Origin: Candidatus Saccharimonadales bacterium
GTDB lineage: Bacteria > Patescibacteriota > Saccharimonadia > QS-5-54-17
Assembly (NCBI GenBank): GCA_040903985.1
Contig: JBBDUI010000002.1
Coordinates: 198,038-262,037 of the forward strand
Length of the DNA: 64,000 nucleotides
Direction of reading: 5' to 3'
Shown: one piece after another, positions 9,611 through 19,837 of the stretch
How the letters are laid out: each line of letters starts with the position of its first letter
Position numbering within the stretch: the stretch's first letter is position 1
Program-made: the position numbers and the translations under genes
Notes under the pieces: model-generated
Told to the model about the DNA's origin: nothing
What the model saw: only the letters and a program-made list of their open reading frames with translations
Databases searched by the model: none

Positions 9611-10930
9611 CTAGCGAAAACGATCGAAGATATCGTGCCAGCGCCCCTGTAAATTACCCACTATTGAGCTCAGGTTTAGAGTGGAATGTGCTGCATGGTC
9701 GGTCTGCATATCCTCAAGCATTAGGCCGATGACGGTAGCGAATTCCGGATTCTGAATCTTATCAACTATGCCGGAAAAGCCGCGTGGAGACTTTATGTGT
9801 ACGGGCAGACGCAACTGCTGTTTAGCTAGCTCAGCTATACCGGTAAGGTTAGCACCACCTCCACAGAGTAAGGCGCCGCCCGGTAACATCCCGTCTCGCT
9901 TAACCTTACCTAACTCGCGATTGATTAAATCAAACAGTTCCTGCAGTCGGGCTTGAGCGATTTCGTTCACCTCCGCTCGAGTCACATTTAACATCTCGCC
10001 GTTAAGTTCTTTAACCATGAAGCCTTCATTCGCATGGGCTGTTCTGGGGTCGGCGTCGACATGTTCCAGCTTAATCGCCTCAGCGGTCTCGATCTCCGTG
10101 CGCAAACCGATCGCGATGTCATTCGTGACATGAGCAGCACCGACCGGTATCACCGCCGCGTGCAACACCTCCCCCTCCTCGTAAACTGCCACACCGGTCG
10201 TATTGGTTCCGATATCTATCACTGTGCAGCCGATCTCCTTATCCTGAGCGTTAGCTACCGTCCGAGCCGCCGCTAGCACAGTAGCACTGTGCAGGTTAAC
10301 GGTTACACCGGCCTGGTTAACGCTGCGGGTAGTGTTCTTCAAGAAAGGTGTAGCTGCCGTCACCAAGCAAGTATCAACTTCGAGCCGCATACCGCTCATA
10401 CCAATCGGATCCTTCACGTGCTCCTGACCATCGACGGTATAATTACGGGGAAAAATCTGAATAATCTCGCGATTTGGTGGCAGCTGCATCACGGTGGCTG
10501 CCTCTTCGACTCGGGCGATATCTTCCTGAGTAATCTCGCGATTAGCACTACCGACAGCCACTATGCCTCGAGAGCTAGCGGTTATTAAATGTTGCCCGTT
10601 TACCCCCACCGTAGCCCCGGATATGGTAACCCCGGATATGCGCTCCGCTTCATCGATAGCAGCGGTGATAGCACTAACTGTGTTAGCCACATCGTGCACC
10701 ACCCCTTTACGTATACCGTTAGTCGGAGCTACCCCGACACCGATGATACTCGGCGCTGGCGCCTCCTCTTCGTGAACTCCGATGACACAGCGCACCGCAC
10801 TACTACCGAGATCGATGCCAACTGCTACTGGTGAAGTCTTGTTTTGCGCCATAAATTTATCTGCATTATACGTGGGTTTCGGCCGTTCGTACAGGTTATG
10901 CTTGCGCCAGCGCCAGTATCGACTGAGCAT
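9611..10930 (-). CDS. ftsA: cell division protein FtsA
   Basis: Actin-like ATPase fold (VGIDLGSS...). It lies upstream of ftsZ. The true start is probably the internal Met (MAQNKTS, about 10852). Confidence 0.88.
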   Translation of the reverse strand: MLSRYWRWRKHNLYERPKPTYNADKFMAQNKTSPVAVGIDLGSSAVRCVIGVHEEEAPAPSIIGVGVAPTNGIRKGVVHDVANTVSAITAAIDEAERISGVTISGATVGVNGQHLITASSRGIVAVGSANREITQEDIARVEEAATVMQLPPNREIIQIFPRNYTVDGQEHVKDPIGMSGMRLEVDTCLVTAATPFLKNTTRSVNQAGVTVNLHSATVLAAARTVANAQDKEIGCTVIDIGTNTTGVAVYEEGEVLHAAVIPVGAAHVTNDIAIGLRTEIETAEAIKLEHVDADPRTAHANEGFMVKELNGEMLNVTRAEVNEIAQARLQELFDLINRELGKVKRDGMLPGGALLCGGGANLTGIAELAKQQLRLPVHIKSPRGFSGIVDKIQNPEFATVIGLMLEDMQTDHAAHSTLNLSSIVGNLQGRWHDIFDRFR

Positions 10931-10962
10931 CTCGCCGCTGATGGTTAGAAACGAACGGCCCG

Positions 10963-11712
10963 TTACCCTGTTAAGACTTCGTAGCCGGTCGGGGTGACCA
11001 ACACAGTATGCTCAAAATGCATACTCAGTGAACGATCTTGCGTACTGATAGTCCAACCGTCTGACTCCAACTGCACTTCCTTGCCTCCTAGCGTCGCCAT
11101 CGGCTCAATAGCGACCGTCATACCACTCTTGAGCGTTGGGCCTGCCCCGGCCCGCCCGTAGTTAGGAATCTCCGGATCCTCATGAACCGCATGGCCAACC
11201 CCATGGCCAACCAGATCCTCAACCACCCCAAGTCCATCGCGCAGTAAACGTCTCTGGATCGCCTGACTAATATCACCGATATGCACCCCGGGTCTCACCT
11301 GCTCGATACCGGCAAATAAGGCCTCCTCGGTGGCTCGCAGTCCCCGGCGCACTCGAGAACTAGCCTTATCGACTCCTCCCACTACCGTAGTAAAAGCACT
11401 ATCGGTAATCATCCCCTGGTAACCGACACAGAGATCGAGACTAACTAAATCATCCGCCTGCAGCTGGTAAGCTCCGGGGATGCCGTGGACTACCTGCTGG
11501 TTCACTGAGATACAGACCACGTCAGGAAAGCCATGATAGCCCAGCAGTACCGGCTCAGCATCCCGAGCGGCAATCTCTCGCCGCACGACTGCAGCCAACT
11601 CCTGAGTCGTCATCCCTGACTTTAGTTCACGCCGGGTGGCGGCAAACACCTCGTTGAGGATACGACCACTTTGACGAATAGCCTTAATCTCTTTATCTGT
11701 CTTCGGATGCAC
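10963..11712 (-). CDS. map: methionine aminopeptidase type I
   Basis: 249-aa pita-bread fold with metal ligands (D..D..H..E..E pattern, HGVGHAVHE). Confidence 0.85.
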   Translation of the reverse strand: MHPKTDKEIKAIRQSGRILNEVFAATRRELKSGMTTQELAAVVRREIAARDAEPVLLGYHGFPDVVCISVNQQVVHGIPGAYQLQADDLVSLDLCVGYQGMITDSAFTTVVGGVDKASSRVRRGLRATEEALFAGIEQVRPGVHIGDISQAIQRRLLRDGLGVVEDLVGHGVGHAVHEDPEIPNYGRAGAGPTLKSGMTVAIEPMATLGGKEVQLESDGWTISTQDRSLSMHFEHTVLVTPTGYEVLTG

Positions 11713-12244
11713 GTACTGCCTCCTCGACTAATTCGGCTACCGTAGGGATATCGCCGCTCCCATCCACCTCGATCAAGTTGGCGCTACTTTTATAAAATGC
11801 CACGGCCGGCAAAGTTTTAGCAGTATACTCTTCCCAGCGTCGCTCCCAGACCACTCGGGCATCATCGACCCTGCCACGAGAAATCAGACGATTCCATGAC
11901 TCCTCAGCCGTAATGTAGAGATGAATTACTAAGGGAACCTGATAACCGAGTCGGGCGCGCGTCACCTCAAACTCCTGGGCTTGATCCAGCCGACGAGGGA
12001 AGCCGTCCACGATCACTGGCCCACTACTGCTAGCTAGCTGATCGAACACCAGCTGCACTACCTCTTTAGCAGGGAGAAGCTGGCCGCTCTCAACCATAGT
12101 TCGAATCTCACCGCTAACTGTCTCTCTCAGCAGCTGACCGATAGAAAAGTTATCCCAGCCCCGTCGAGCAGCCAAGAGTTCGGCTTGCGTACCTTTGCCG
12201 GCTCCAGGCGGACCGGTCAGTAGAACTATTCTTTTGCTATTCAT
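11693..12244 (-). CDS. adk: adenylate kinase
   Basis: P-loop GPPGAGKGTQA and an NMP-binding region. 183 aa. Confidence 0.85.
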   Translation of the reverse strand: MNSKRIVLLTGPPGAGKGTQAELLAARRGWDNFSIGQLLRETVSGEIRTMVESGQLLPAKEVVQLVFDQLASSSGPVIVDGFPRRLDQAQEFEVTRARLGYQVPLVIHLYITAEESWNRLISRGRVDDARVVWERRWEEYTAKTLPAVAFYKSSANLIEVDGSGDIPTVAELVEEAVRASEDR

Positions 12245-12248
12245 CTTA

Positions 12249-12734
12249 TTAAGTTACCATGTCGGCCGACTTCCAGCCAAAATCACGATAGCTCAGGCCA
12301 AGTGCCGTCATAATCTCAGCCTGCAGGTGATCCATTTCCTCCCGCTGCCGCAGCGTCGCATGATCATAGCCCAATAGGTGTAGACTACCGTGCAGCAGTA
12401 GTAAAAGTAGCTCCGTCTCCTCGTCCGTGCCGGCAGCAGAGGCCTGTCGGCTGACGTGTTGACGTGAGATGACGACATCTCCAAGCTCCGGTAACTCGTC
12501 ACCGAAAGCTGAGATCGGTTGATCAACGTCTACTTCTGTCGTCTCACGATAGTTAAAGCTCAAGACATCGGTCGCATTATCCTCTCCGGCATAGTCCCGG
12601 TTTAGCCGCCGGACTTCGGTTGCGTCACTCAGGCGCGCATTGATTCGGCCTTGAACTGTAGTACGTTCACTGATTAGCTCGGCAAGTCGATCTAGCTGGT
12701 CGGAGCTTGCTCCCGACAAGCTGAGATTGATCAT
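12249..12734 (-). CDS. ybeY: rRNA maturation endoribonuclease YbeY
   Basis: HGSLHLLGYDH metal-binding motif. Confidence 0.8.
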   Translation of the reverse strand: MINLSLSGASSDQLDRLAELISERTTVQGRINARLSDATEVRRLNRDYAGEDNATDVLSFNYRETTEVDVDQPISAFGDELPELGDVVISRQHVSRQASAAGTDEETELLLLLLHGSLHLLGYDHATLRQREEMDHLQAEIMTALGLSYRDFGWKSADMVT

Positions 12735-13168
12735 TGCAGCTGGGCACGTACCTTAGCTGCCACCTCAGCCCCATCGGCACGACCGGCCACTTGCGGCTGA
12801 ACTATGCGCATCACCTGACCCATGTCGGTCGATGAAGTGGCATCGGAATCAGCTATAGCCTGAGCAATAACTGCGTCCAGTTCCGCTTCCGGCATAGCAT
12901 CCGGTAAATAGCCCTCGATTATACCCAGCTCGACTCGCTCGGCTTCGGCTTGATCCATGCGCCCACCAGCAACGAAACTGTCGATCGACTCGCGACGTTG
13001 CTTAGCCTCTTTCTGTAGAACCCGCATGATATCAGCCTCATCGAGATCCTCGCCTTTAGCAATGCGAGCGTTAGCCAAGGCACTCTTCAGAGAGCGCAAA
13101 GTAGTAGCAGACGACTTATCGCCGCTTAAAAGCGCCTTTTTAATGTCGGCATCGAGTCTCTCTAGCAT
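12731..13168 (-). CDS. GatB/YqeY domain protein
   Basis: The C-terminal ...RDAVIAQAIADSDATSSTDMGQVMRIVQPQVAGRADGAEVAAKVRAQL resembles YqeY. The start was moved to the internal Met (MLERLDADIKK) to avoid overlapping rpsU. Confidence 0.6.
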   Translation of the reverse strand: MLERLDADIKKALLSGDKSSATTLRSLKSALANARIAKGEDLDEADIMRVLQKEAKQRRESIDSFVAGGRMDQAEAERVELGIIEGYLPDAMPEAELDAVIAQAIADSDATSSTDMGQVMRIVQPQVAGRADGAEVAAKVRAQLQ

Positions 13169-13172
13169 CTCG

Positions 13173-13385
13173 CTAGCGACCAAAGTAGATTTTGCGCATC
13201 TTCTCGTCGCGGCGGGCTTGCTTAGCGATAGCTGCCTCACGCTGCTGCTGTTTAGATAACGGCTTCTCAAAGCGTTGTTTACGCTTGGCATTGCTCAGCG
13301 TACCCGACTGCTGCACCTTTCGGTTAAAGCGGCGGATTAAACTCTCTAGGCCTTCTCGATCGTCTTTGCGAGTAACTTGTGTCAT
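13173..13385 (-). CDS. rpsU: 30S ribosomal protein S21
   Basis: 70-aa basic protein (MTQVTRKDDREGLESLIRRFNRKV...). Confidence 0.85.
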   Translation of the reverse strand: MTQVTRKDDREGLESLIRRFNRKVQQSGTLSNAKRKQRFEKPLSKQQQREAAIAKQARRDEKMRKIYFGR

Positions 13386-13442
13386 ATCAAGAAGTCATTG
13401 TACAGAGGTTGCAGTGGCGATGCAAGACTCCCCCGCTTGCGG

Positions 13443-14897
13443 CTAACGCCAACTGCAAGCTACCACACGCTCCTCCTCGCCGCTAAGCTGACGGCAGCTC
13501 TTCACATGGACCGTGATCCCCAAACTACGCGTAATAAACCCGATAATCGGAGCTGGTGGCTGCGGATGGCAACACTCTGCCAGACGGTACTGAAGCCCGG
13601 ACATACCGGCTACTACTACCTGGCCGCTAGCCTGCGAAGCAGCCAAGGGTGACTCAACAGTAGGCTCAGGCGGGTAAAGTTTACGCTTGATTGCCTGAGC
13701 GCTGACCTGACCGGTACCGACGGCCACTAATAGATCGTCGACCGTCTCGCAGCGGTACTCCTTAAGTAACGTAGTTAACTCGCTGGGCAACTTACCCTTA
13801 AACTGCTCCAGTAAAAGCTCTCGGCCGACCGCTACATAACGGTCGCGCTCAGCTCGTTTGAGCCAAGCCCGAATGCGCTGAGTCGCCTTACGCGAGACGG
13901 CAAAACGCAACCAATCCCGCTTCGGACTGGCAGCTTTGCCAGTCAACACCTCGACCTGATCCCCTTGCTGTAGACGACTGTTCAGTGGAGCGATAGCGCC
14001 GTTGACTTTTACACTAGTCGTGCGCATCCCGACCCCGGTATGAATAGCGAAGGCGAAATCAAGCAAAGTGGCACCGTTCTTCAAGCGATAGATGTCACCA
14101 GTCGGAGAAAAGGCATAGACGTATTTATCCTCACTGATAGTTTTAGCCTGGGAGGCCGCCCCCTTCAGGTAGCCCTTAGTGTGCTTGTGCTCGTCATACT
14201 GCCAGTGTGCCGCCTCTCCACCTTCGGCATGTTCATGCATAGCTCGAGTACGAATCTGTATCTCAAGCCGTTTTTTACCGATCGTCAATGTCGTATGTAA
14301 CGACTGATAGCCGTTAGGCTTGGGCCGTTTGATGTAGTCCTTGAAGCGCTCCAGGCTAGGCTGAAACTCTTGGTTGATCACATCCAGCACGCGATAGCAA
14401 TCCGACTCATTAGCCACTATAACCCGTACGGCCAGTAGATCGTGAACGTCGTGAATGCTGCCGCTTTTGCGCAGCTTCTTATACAGACTGTAGGGTTGTT
14501 TCGTCCGTCCACTCACCTCGATACCATCTACCCCGACTTGCGCTAGCTTGTCTTCCAAAGCTTTAATGAACTTCAGTAGTGGCTTCTGCGTATCAGCGGC
14601 ATTCTGACGCAGTAACTTACAAGTTAAGTTGTACTGTTCGGGGTGAATGATCTTAAAGGCCGTATCTTCCAGCTCATGCTTCAACGCCTGAAAGTTAAGT
14701 TGATTTGCCAGCGGGGCCAATACCGTCAGGGCTACCGCCGCATCACTAACACCCGGCTCCAATCGCAGCCGGGCCAGCCGGGCCTGTAAAAAGTCCGGCA
14801 CCGCCTCCGGCTCTACTGCTAAGAGTAAGGCCCGCATATACTCTGGATGAGCCGACTGCGGATTATAGCGCTCCAGTAGCTGGTTTAATCTTTGCAC
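13443..14897 (-). CDS. RelA/SpoT-homologue (p)ppGpp synthetase with TGS and C-terminal CC/ACT region; the N-terminal HD hydrolase domain appears truncated
   Basis: Synthetase-domain motifs (GRTKQPYSLYKK, RVIV...DCY, YQSLHTTL), a TGS domain (YAFSPTGDIYRLKNGATLLDFAFAIH) and a conserved CCHP. Only about 130 aa precede the synthetase domain. Confidence 0.8.
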   Translation of the reverse strand: MQRLNQLLERYNPQSAHPEYMRALLLAVEPEAVPDFLQARLARLRLEPGVSDAAVALTVLAPLANQLNFQALKHELEDTAFKIIHPEQYNLTCKLLRQNAADTQKPLLKFIKALEDKLAQVGVDGIEVSGRTKQPYSLYKKLRKSGSIHDVHDLLAVRVIVANESDCYRVLDVINQEFQPSLERFKDYIKRPKPNGYQSLHTTLTIGKKRLEIQIRTRAMHEHAEGGEAAHWQYDEHKHTKGYLKGAASQAKTISEDKYVYAFSPTGDIYRLKNGATLLDFAFAIHTGVGMRTTSVKVNGAIAPLNSRLQQGDQVEVLTGKAASPKRDWLRFAVSRKATQRIRAWLKRAERDRYVAVGRELLLEQFKGKLPSELTTLLKEYRCETVDDLLVAVGTGQVSAQAIKRKLYPPEPTVESPLAASQASGQVVVAGMSGLQYRLAECCHPQPPAPIIGFITRSLGITVHVKSCRQLSGEEERVVACSWR

Positions 14898-16516
14898 GAC
14901 TGTACCGCCTTGATCAGTGCCTGTAGATTGCGCTGACCCCGAAACTCATTCTCATCCAGCTCGAACCAAACGTCGGCCTGTTCACCGATCTCGCCCACCG
15001 CTTCTGCCAGCCCAAAACCAATCCCGTCTAGATAACGCTCTCCATCACTCAACTGCAATTTAACGTGGCGGCGGTCACTACCCACCGTCTGCACTCGGAG
15101 CAGTCTAGCCGCCGGCAGGTGCAGTTGAGGTTTAGGGTTGCCCATGCCAAACGGAGCTAGTTGCTCTAGCTCCTGTCGCATTGACTCACTCATCATACTT
15201 AGATCGCTTAAGCTGACATCGGTCCGGGGTTGGGGCCTAAGATCACCATACTCACCAGCCCGGAAAAAGTCGTTCAGCTGCTGGCGAAAGGCAGCTACAT
15301 CGGTCGTTTTCAAACTACAACCGGCAGCTACGTGATGGCCACCGTACTTAAGCAACAGCTTATCTGCACTCCGCATACCCTCAACTACGCTAAAGCTTCC
15401 TAGCGAACGAGCCGAGCCTTTGGTCTCCTCGCCCATCTCCTGCATCACGATAGTCGGTTTAGCGAAACGCTCCATTAACTTAGCGGCCACGATGCCGACG
15501 ATGCCGTGATTCCAGTCCGGGTGAGACAGCACCAACACCGGATCGTCACGGTACTTCTCCGCCTCCACTAAAGCTAAAGCCATAATCTCATCCTGTTGGC
15601 GCCGGCGCTCGGCATTTAGTCGATCTAATCGCTCGGCGATCTCCCGTGCCTCACCCTTATCGGTGGCCATAAGTAAGCTTAAAGCTAGCTTGGCATGCTC
15701 CAGTCGACCGGCAGCATTCATGCGCGGGCCAAGGACGAAACCGAAATGGTAGGTGTCGACCCGATCCCGTTCCACCCCAGCTACCGCCAGCAGTGCCTGC
15801 AACCCCATCCGCGGCGTCTGGGCGAAAACCTTTAGCCCGTAACTGACTAAGATACGATTCTCACCTACCAACCCCACTACATCACAAACCGTACCTAGAG
15901 CTACTAAATCGAGTAGCCACTTCTCCCGTCCTTCCGGTAGTAGCCCCCGCTGCTGTAGCCCTTGGACCAGTTTGAAGGCCACCCCCACTCCGGCTAGATC
16001 GGTGAAGGGATAGCGGTTGTCGGCCCGTTTCGGATTTATCATAGCTACCGCCGGGGGCAGAGTATCGGTGAGGGTGTGATGGTCGGTCACGATTACCTCG
16101 AGATTATGCGCCGCTGCCCACTCTAATGGTGCATGCGAGGTACTACCACAATCGACGGTAATGATTAGATCAGCCCCTTGGCGTTGCAGCTTTTTCAGAG
16201 CGGCAGTATTAATGCCATACCCTTCTTCGAACCGGTCGGGAATATAGGCCGATATCTTCGCCCCCATAGCACCTAGGCCGTCCAGCAGTAGTGTCGTGGC
16301 CGTTAAACCGTCGATGTCGTAATCTCCATAGACTACGATCGACTCTTCTTTCTCAATCGCCTGCTGAATGCGCTCAACTGCCGTCGCCATGTCAGCCAAC
16401 AGAAAAGGATCGTGCAGATCCGTATATGCCGGCTGCAAAAAGCGGGCCTGTGCCGCTGCATCGGTAATACCGCGCTGTACTAGGATATCGGCCACAAGAC
16501 TTGCTATCTTCATCAC
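14885..16516 (-). CDS. recJ: single-stranded-DNA-specific exonuclease RecJ
   Basis: DHH-family motifs (VYGDYDIDG, VTDHH, GGH). Confidence 0.85.
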   Translation of the reverse strand: MMKIASLVADILVQRGITDAAAQARFLQPAYTDLHDPFLLADMATAVERIQQAIEKEESIVVYGDYDIDGLTATTLLLDGLGAMGAKISAYIPDRFEEGYGINTAALKKLQRQGADLIITVDCGSTSHAPLEWAAAHNLEVIVTDHHTLTDTLPPAVAMINPKRADNRYPFTDLAGVGVAFKLVQGLQQRGLLPEGREKWLLDLVALGTVCDVVGLVGENRILVSYGLKVFAQTPRMGLQALLAVAGVERDRVDTYHFGFVLGPRMNAAGRLEHAKLALSLLMATDKGEAREIAERLDRLNAERRRQQDEIMALALVEAEKYRDDPVLVLSHPDWNHGIVGIVAAKLMERFAKPTIVMQEMGEETKGSARSLGSFSVVEGMRSADKLLLKYGGHHVAAGCSLKTTDVAAFRQQLNDFFRAGEYGDLRPQPRTDVSLSDLSMMSESMRQELEQLAPFGMGNPKPQLHLPAARLLRVQTVGSDRRHVKLQLSDGERYLDGIGFGLAEAVGEIGEQADVWFELDENEFRGQRNLQALIKAVQSCKD

Positions 16517-16583
16517 CCTCTAGCATACAGGTTTTAGAGGTAAGGTATTAGCCGTGTCAGCTACACCCCTAAATACCTAGACC

Positions 16584-16853
16584 CTACTTATGGTGTTGGC
16601 TCTTTAGTACCATGCTCTGCAGCTCTTTGAAAAGAGGGAAGCGTTGATCGACACTGTAAATCTTCGTATTGCTTCGTTTGCGTGACTTTAAAAAGCCGAC
16701 GCCCTCTAGCTTACGCAACTCGCGCTGGATGTTACCGGCATCCTCATGAATCAGCTTAGCCATCCCCCGGATATGGGTCTGATAGTCCGGATATTTGGAG
16801 AAAAGAATGATGATCTTCCGCCGGGTCTTAGATGTGATAAAAACGTCTAGCAT
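16584..16853 (-). CDS. small winged-helix-type DNA-binding protein (putative regulator)
   Basis: 89-aa basic protein. The fold call is weak. Confidence 0.35.
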   Translation of the reverse strand: MLDVFITSKTRRKIIILFSKYPDYQTHIRGMAKLIHEDAGNIQRELRKLEGVGFLKSRKRSNTKIYSVDQRFPLFKELQSMVLKSQHHK

Positions 16854-16919
16854 AGTGATTTCCTCATGGTGTTATTTTAACAACACAAACTACGAAAGTC
16901 TACCCCGCCGGGAGTAGAA

Positions 16920-17786
16920 CTAAGTGGCGTTAGAGTTGCGCTTAGCTTGAAAATTCTGCCAGCTAACGAGCAAGGGAGCGGCGATAAAGATCGAAGAATA
17001 AGTCCCCGAGAGCATACCCAGCAGCAAGGCCAAGATAAAGTTAGAAGTACTACTACCGCCCAGCAAGAAAAGCGCCAGCAGCACTAAGATAGTAGTGATT
17101 GAAGTGTTGAGAGACCGCCCCATCACCTCGTTAATACTAGTGTTGACGATATCGATAAACTCCCCTTGTTTACGGAGCAGATTCTCCCGAATCCGATCGA
17201 AGACAACAATCGTATCGTGCACCGAGAAGCCGATCACCGTCAGCACTGCCGTTACGATAAATGAGTCGACCTCGACTCCAAAGAGGCGGCCGAAGACCGA
17301 AAACAGCACTAGGACGAAAAGCGCATCGTGCAGCAGGGCTACGATCGCCATCGCCCCGTAGCGAATCGGATGTTCCAACTTACGAAAAGCGAAGGCCACA
17401 TAAAGCGTAATCGCTACGGAGACCGCCAGCAGACTCAGCAGGGCGTTCTTAACTAGAGTGCTGCTAACGGAAGGACCGACTTGCTCCAGACGTTCGACCA
17501 CTATTCCCTCGGCCGCTTCCAGCGTCGGCTCGATGGCTACTTCATCGACAAAGCGAATCTGAAAGCCGCTCTCCCCAGTCTCAATCAGCTGAGGGTCATC
17601 GACGCCGGCTGCAGTTACGACCGCCGTCACTTCTTCCCGGCTGAGCTCGGTTACGACCGAGACTACCGTACCACCGGTAAAATCGATACCGAGCTTAAGA
17701 CCGAAAACGGCCAGGAAGATAAGACCAGGTAGCAGAATCGCAGCCGAGATACCGTAGTAGAATTTGCGCCGACCGATAATATCCAT
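16920..17786 (-). CDS. secF: protein translocase subunit SecF
   Basis: Six-TM SecD/F family protein immediately downstream of secD. Confidence 0.85.
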   Translation of the reverse strand: MDIIGRRKFYYGISAAILLPGLIFLAVFGLKLGIDFTGGTVVSVVTELSREEVTAVVTAAGVDDPQLIETGESGFQIRFVDEVAIEPTLEAAEGIVVERLEQVGPSVSSTLVKNALLSLLAVSVAITLYVAFAFRKLEHPIRYGAMAIVALLHDALFVLVLFSVFGRLFGVEVDSFIVTAVLTVIGFSVHDTIVVFDRIRENLLRKQGEFIDIVNTSINEVMGRSLNTSITTILVLLALFLLGGSSTSNFILALLLGMLSGTYSSIFIAAPLLVSWQNFQAKRNSNAT

Positions 17787-19091
17787 CTACAGCCTCCCCG
17801 CCAGTTTAGTGCGAGCCACCCCGCGTAACAAAGTGCGGGTTACCACTGCTACCGCCAGCACGTTCATAATCACACCGATACCGAGAACCAAAGCAAACCC
17901 CTGGATAGCCGGTTCCGTGGCCAGTTGATAAAGCAAGACACAGATAATCAAAGTGGCCGTCGAAGCGTCCCTGATGCTGCTCCAAGCATGATTAAAGCCG
18001 GCCTCAACCGCCTTAACCGGTGCTAATCCGCTCGAACGCTCCTCCCGCAGTCGTTCTAACACGAGAATGTTAGCATCGGCCGCCACCGCAATACTCATGA
18101 TAAAACCGGCGATTCCGGCCAAAGTCAGCACGATAGCACTACCCCCAAAGATCGGCAGAACCGAGAGTTTGAACACTGTGATCATACTGGCCGCATACAA
18201 GCCAATCATCGCTACCGCTACCGCCCCACCCAGCCGGTAGATGACAAGCATGAACAACACTAAGGCCAGCAAGCCGACCGCCCCGGCCACTAGACTAGCC
18301 TGTAGAGCGTTTGCGCCTAAGCTCGGACCGATGGTTTGCTGAGCCACTAACTCGATCGGTGCTGGTAGGGCACCGGAGTTTAGTAGAGTGGCGGTCTCCT
18401 GCGCCTCTTGGATGCTTTCACTACCAGTGAGCTGAGACTCACCAGTTAGGATCGGCTGCTGAAACGGCACTGGACCGAAAATCGGCAAGCCATCTAGCAT
18501 AGCTAACACTTGAGTACCACTGTTATAAATCCGCGTCGACATCTCAGCAAACTTCTGGGTCGACTCGCCACTCTCAAACTGCAAGCTTACCACTGGTCGG
18601 CCAAACTGATCAAAGACGGCCTCGGCCTCGGCTACATCCTCACCGCTCACCTCGGTCGGAACCAGCTGAGTCTCGACCGACTCACCACCGGAGACAAACT
18701 CAAAAAACTCCAATTGAGCCGTCTGACCGATCAGTTCGATAACGGCCTGGGGGTCATCTTCATCGGGGATCTGAACTGTCACTTGATCGTTCTGCGCCGC
18801 CCGCACCACTGCCTCACTAGCACCGGTCGGGTTAACCCGATTTTGGATCCGCGCTACCGTCTCACTCAACACCGCTTCCGTATCTCGTCCCTCTGGTATG
18901 TCGGCCTGATAAACTAGATAAACTCCTCCGCGCAGATCCAGTCCGCGCTGCACGCTGAGGTCGGTATTGATACCCAGCGGCCGCAACAGCTGCATCTCAT
19001 TGGGATAGCTCAGTCCGCCTACGATCAACGCGAAGAGGCCGAGACCGATCAACTGCCAGCGTAGTTTCCGTCTTATCTGCATTACTCCCAC
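17787..19091 (-). CDS. secD: protein translocase subunit SecD
   Basis: SecD/F family with a periplasmic domain and C-terminal TM bundle. Confidence 0.85.
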   Translation of the reverse strand: MGVMQIRRKLRWQLIGLGLFALIVGGLSYPNEMQLLRPLGINTDLSVQRGLDLRGGVYLVYQADIPEGRDTEAVLSETVARIQNRVNPTGASEAVVRAAQNDQVTVQIPDEDDPQAVIELIGQTAQLEFFEFVSGGESVETQLVPTEVSGEDVAEAEAVFDQFGRPVVSLQFESGESTQKFAEMSTRIYNSGTQVLAMLDGLPIFGPVPFQQPILTGESQLTGSESIQEAQETATLLNSGALPAPIELVAQQTIGPSLGANALQASLVAGAVGLLALVLFMLVIYRLGGAVAVAMIGLYAASMITVFKLSVLPIFGGSAIVLTLAGIAGFIMSIAVAADANILVLERLREERSSGLAPVKAVEAGFNHAWSSIRDASTATLIICVLLYQLATEPAIQGFALVLGIGVIMNVLAVAVVTRTLLRGVARTKLAGRL

Positions 19092-19735
19092 TTGTGGATT
19101 ATCTCGTTCATGAGCTGCTGAATATCTGGTAAGGTATTATCCTCGAAATAGTGGTCGGTATCAAGGTAGTTAGCCACCACATCACTGACGTAGATCTCAT
19201 CCGCCGCGATATGTAGCCGGTCGATCGCTCTAACCGAAGCGTTAGGGGCAACCGCGATCAGCTTACCGGTGTTAATCGGTTTAAGATAGTTAACCGCTGC
19301 ATCGAAAGACAGCCCGTTCTTAAAGCCGTCACTAACGATGATGACGTGATGCCCGTAGAACTGACTGGGGTCGATTAGCCCCTCCTCGTTCATAATTCGG
19401 GATAACTTATGTAGTTTCAGCAGCTTTTCCGACTCGATATAGCTGTGCATCTCACTCACCAGCTCCGTCAGCAGTCCGGTCGGTATCATACTGTTATAGG
19501 TGAAATGTCCCTCTTGATCGATTAGGCCGATCACCTCACTCTCGGCCACGCCCGGCATTGGGATCGGCTCGGTTAGCAGTAAACTAAGCCGAGCGTGCAG
19601 AGCTTTAGCTATCTCGTACCCTACTACCACTCCGCCCGGCGACAGTGCCAAGATTACCGTATCCTCAAAACGGTACTTTTCTACTAAAGAGGCCGCCAGT
19701 AGTCTTCCGGCCTCCTGCCGATCATGCAGGTACAT
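19082..19735 (-). CDS. predicted phosphoribosyltransferase-fold protein
   Basis: PRT-type fold (VILALSPGGVVVGYEIA...). Confidence 0.55.
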   Translation of the reverse strand: MYLHDRQEAGRLLAASLVEKYRFEDTVILALSPGGVVVGYEIAKALHARLSLLLTEPIPMPGVAESEVIGLIDQEGHFTYNSMIPTGLLTELVSEMHSYIESEKLLKLHKLSRIMNEEGLIDPSQFYGHHVIIVSDGFKNGLSFDAAVNYLKPINTGKLIAVAPNASVRAIDRLHIAADEIYVSDVVANYLDTDHYFEDNTLPDIQQLMNEIIHKWE

Positions 19736-19837
19736 CTACTTACCCGTATCGTATTTATAGTTTTGCAAAACTCGCATCTCACTTAGTGTACCGATAAACT
19801 TAACATCTATCCATACCGAGACAAATGCTAGCAGCGG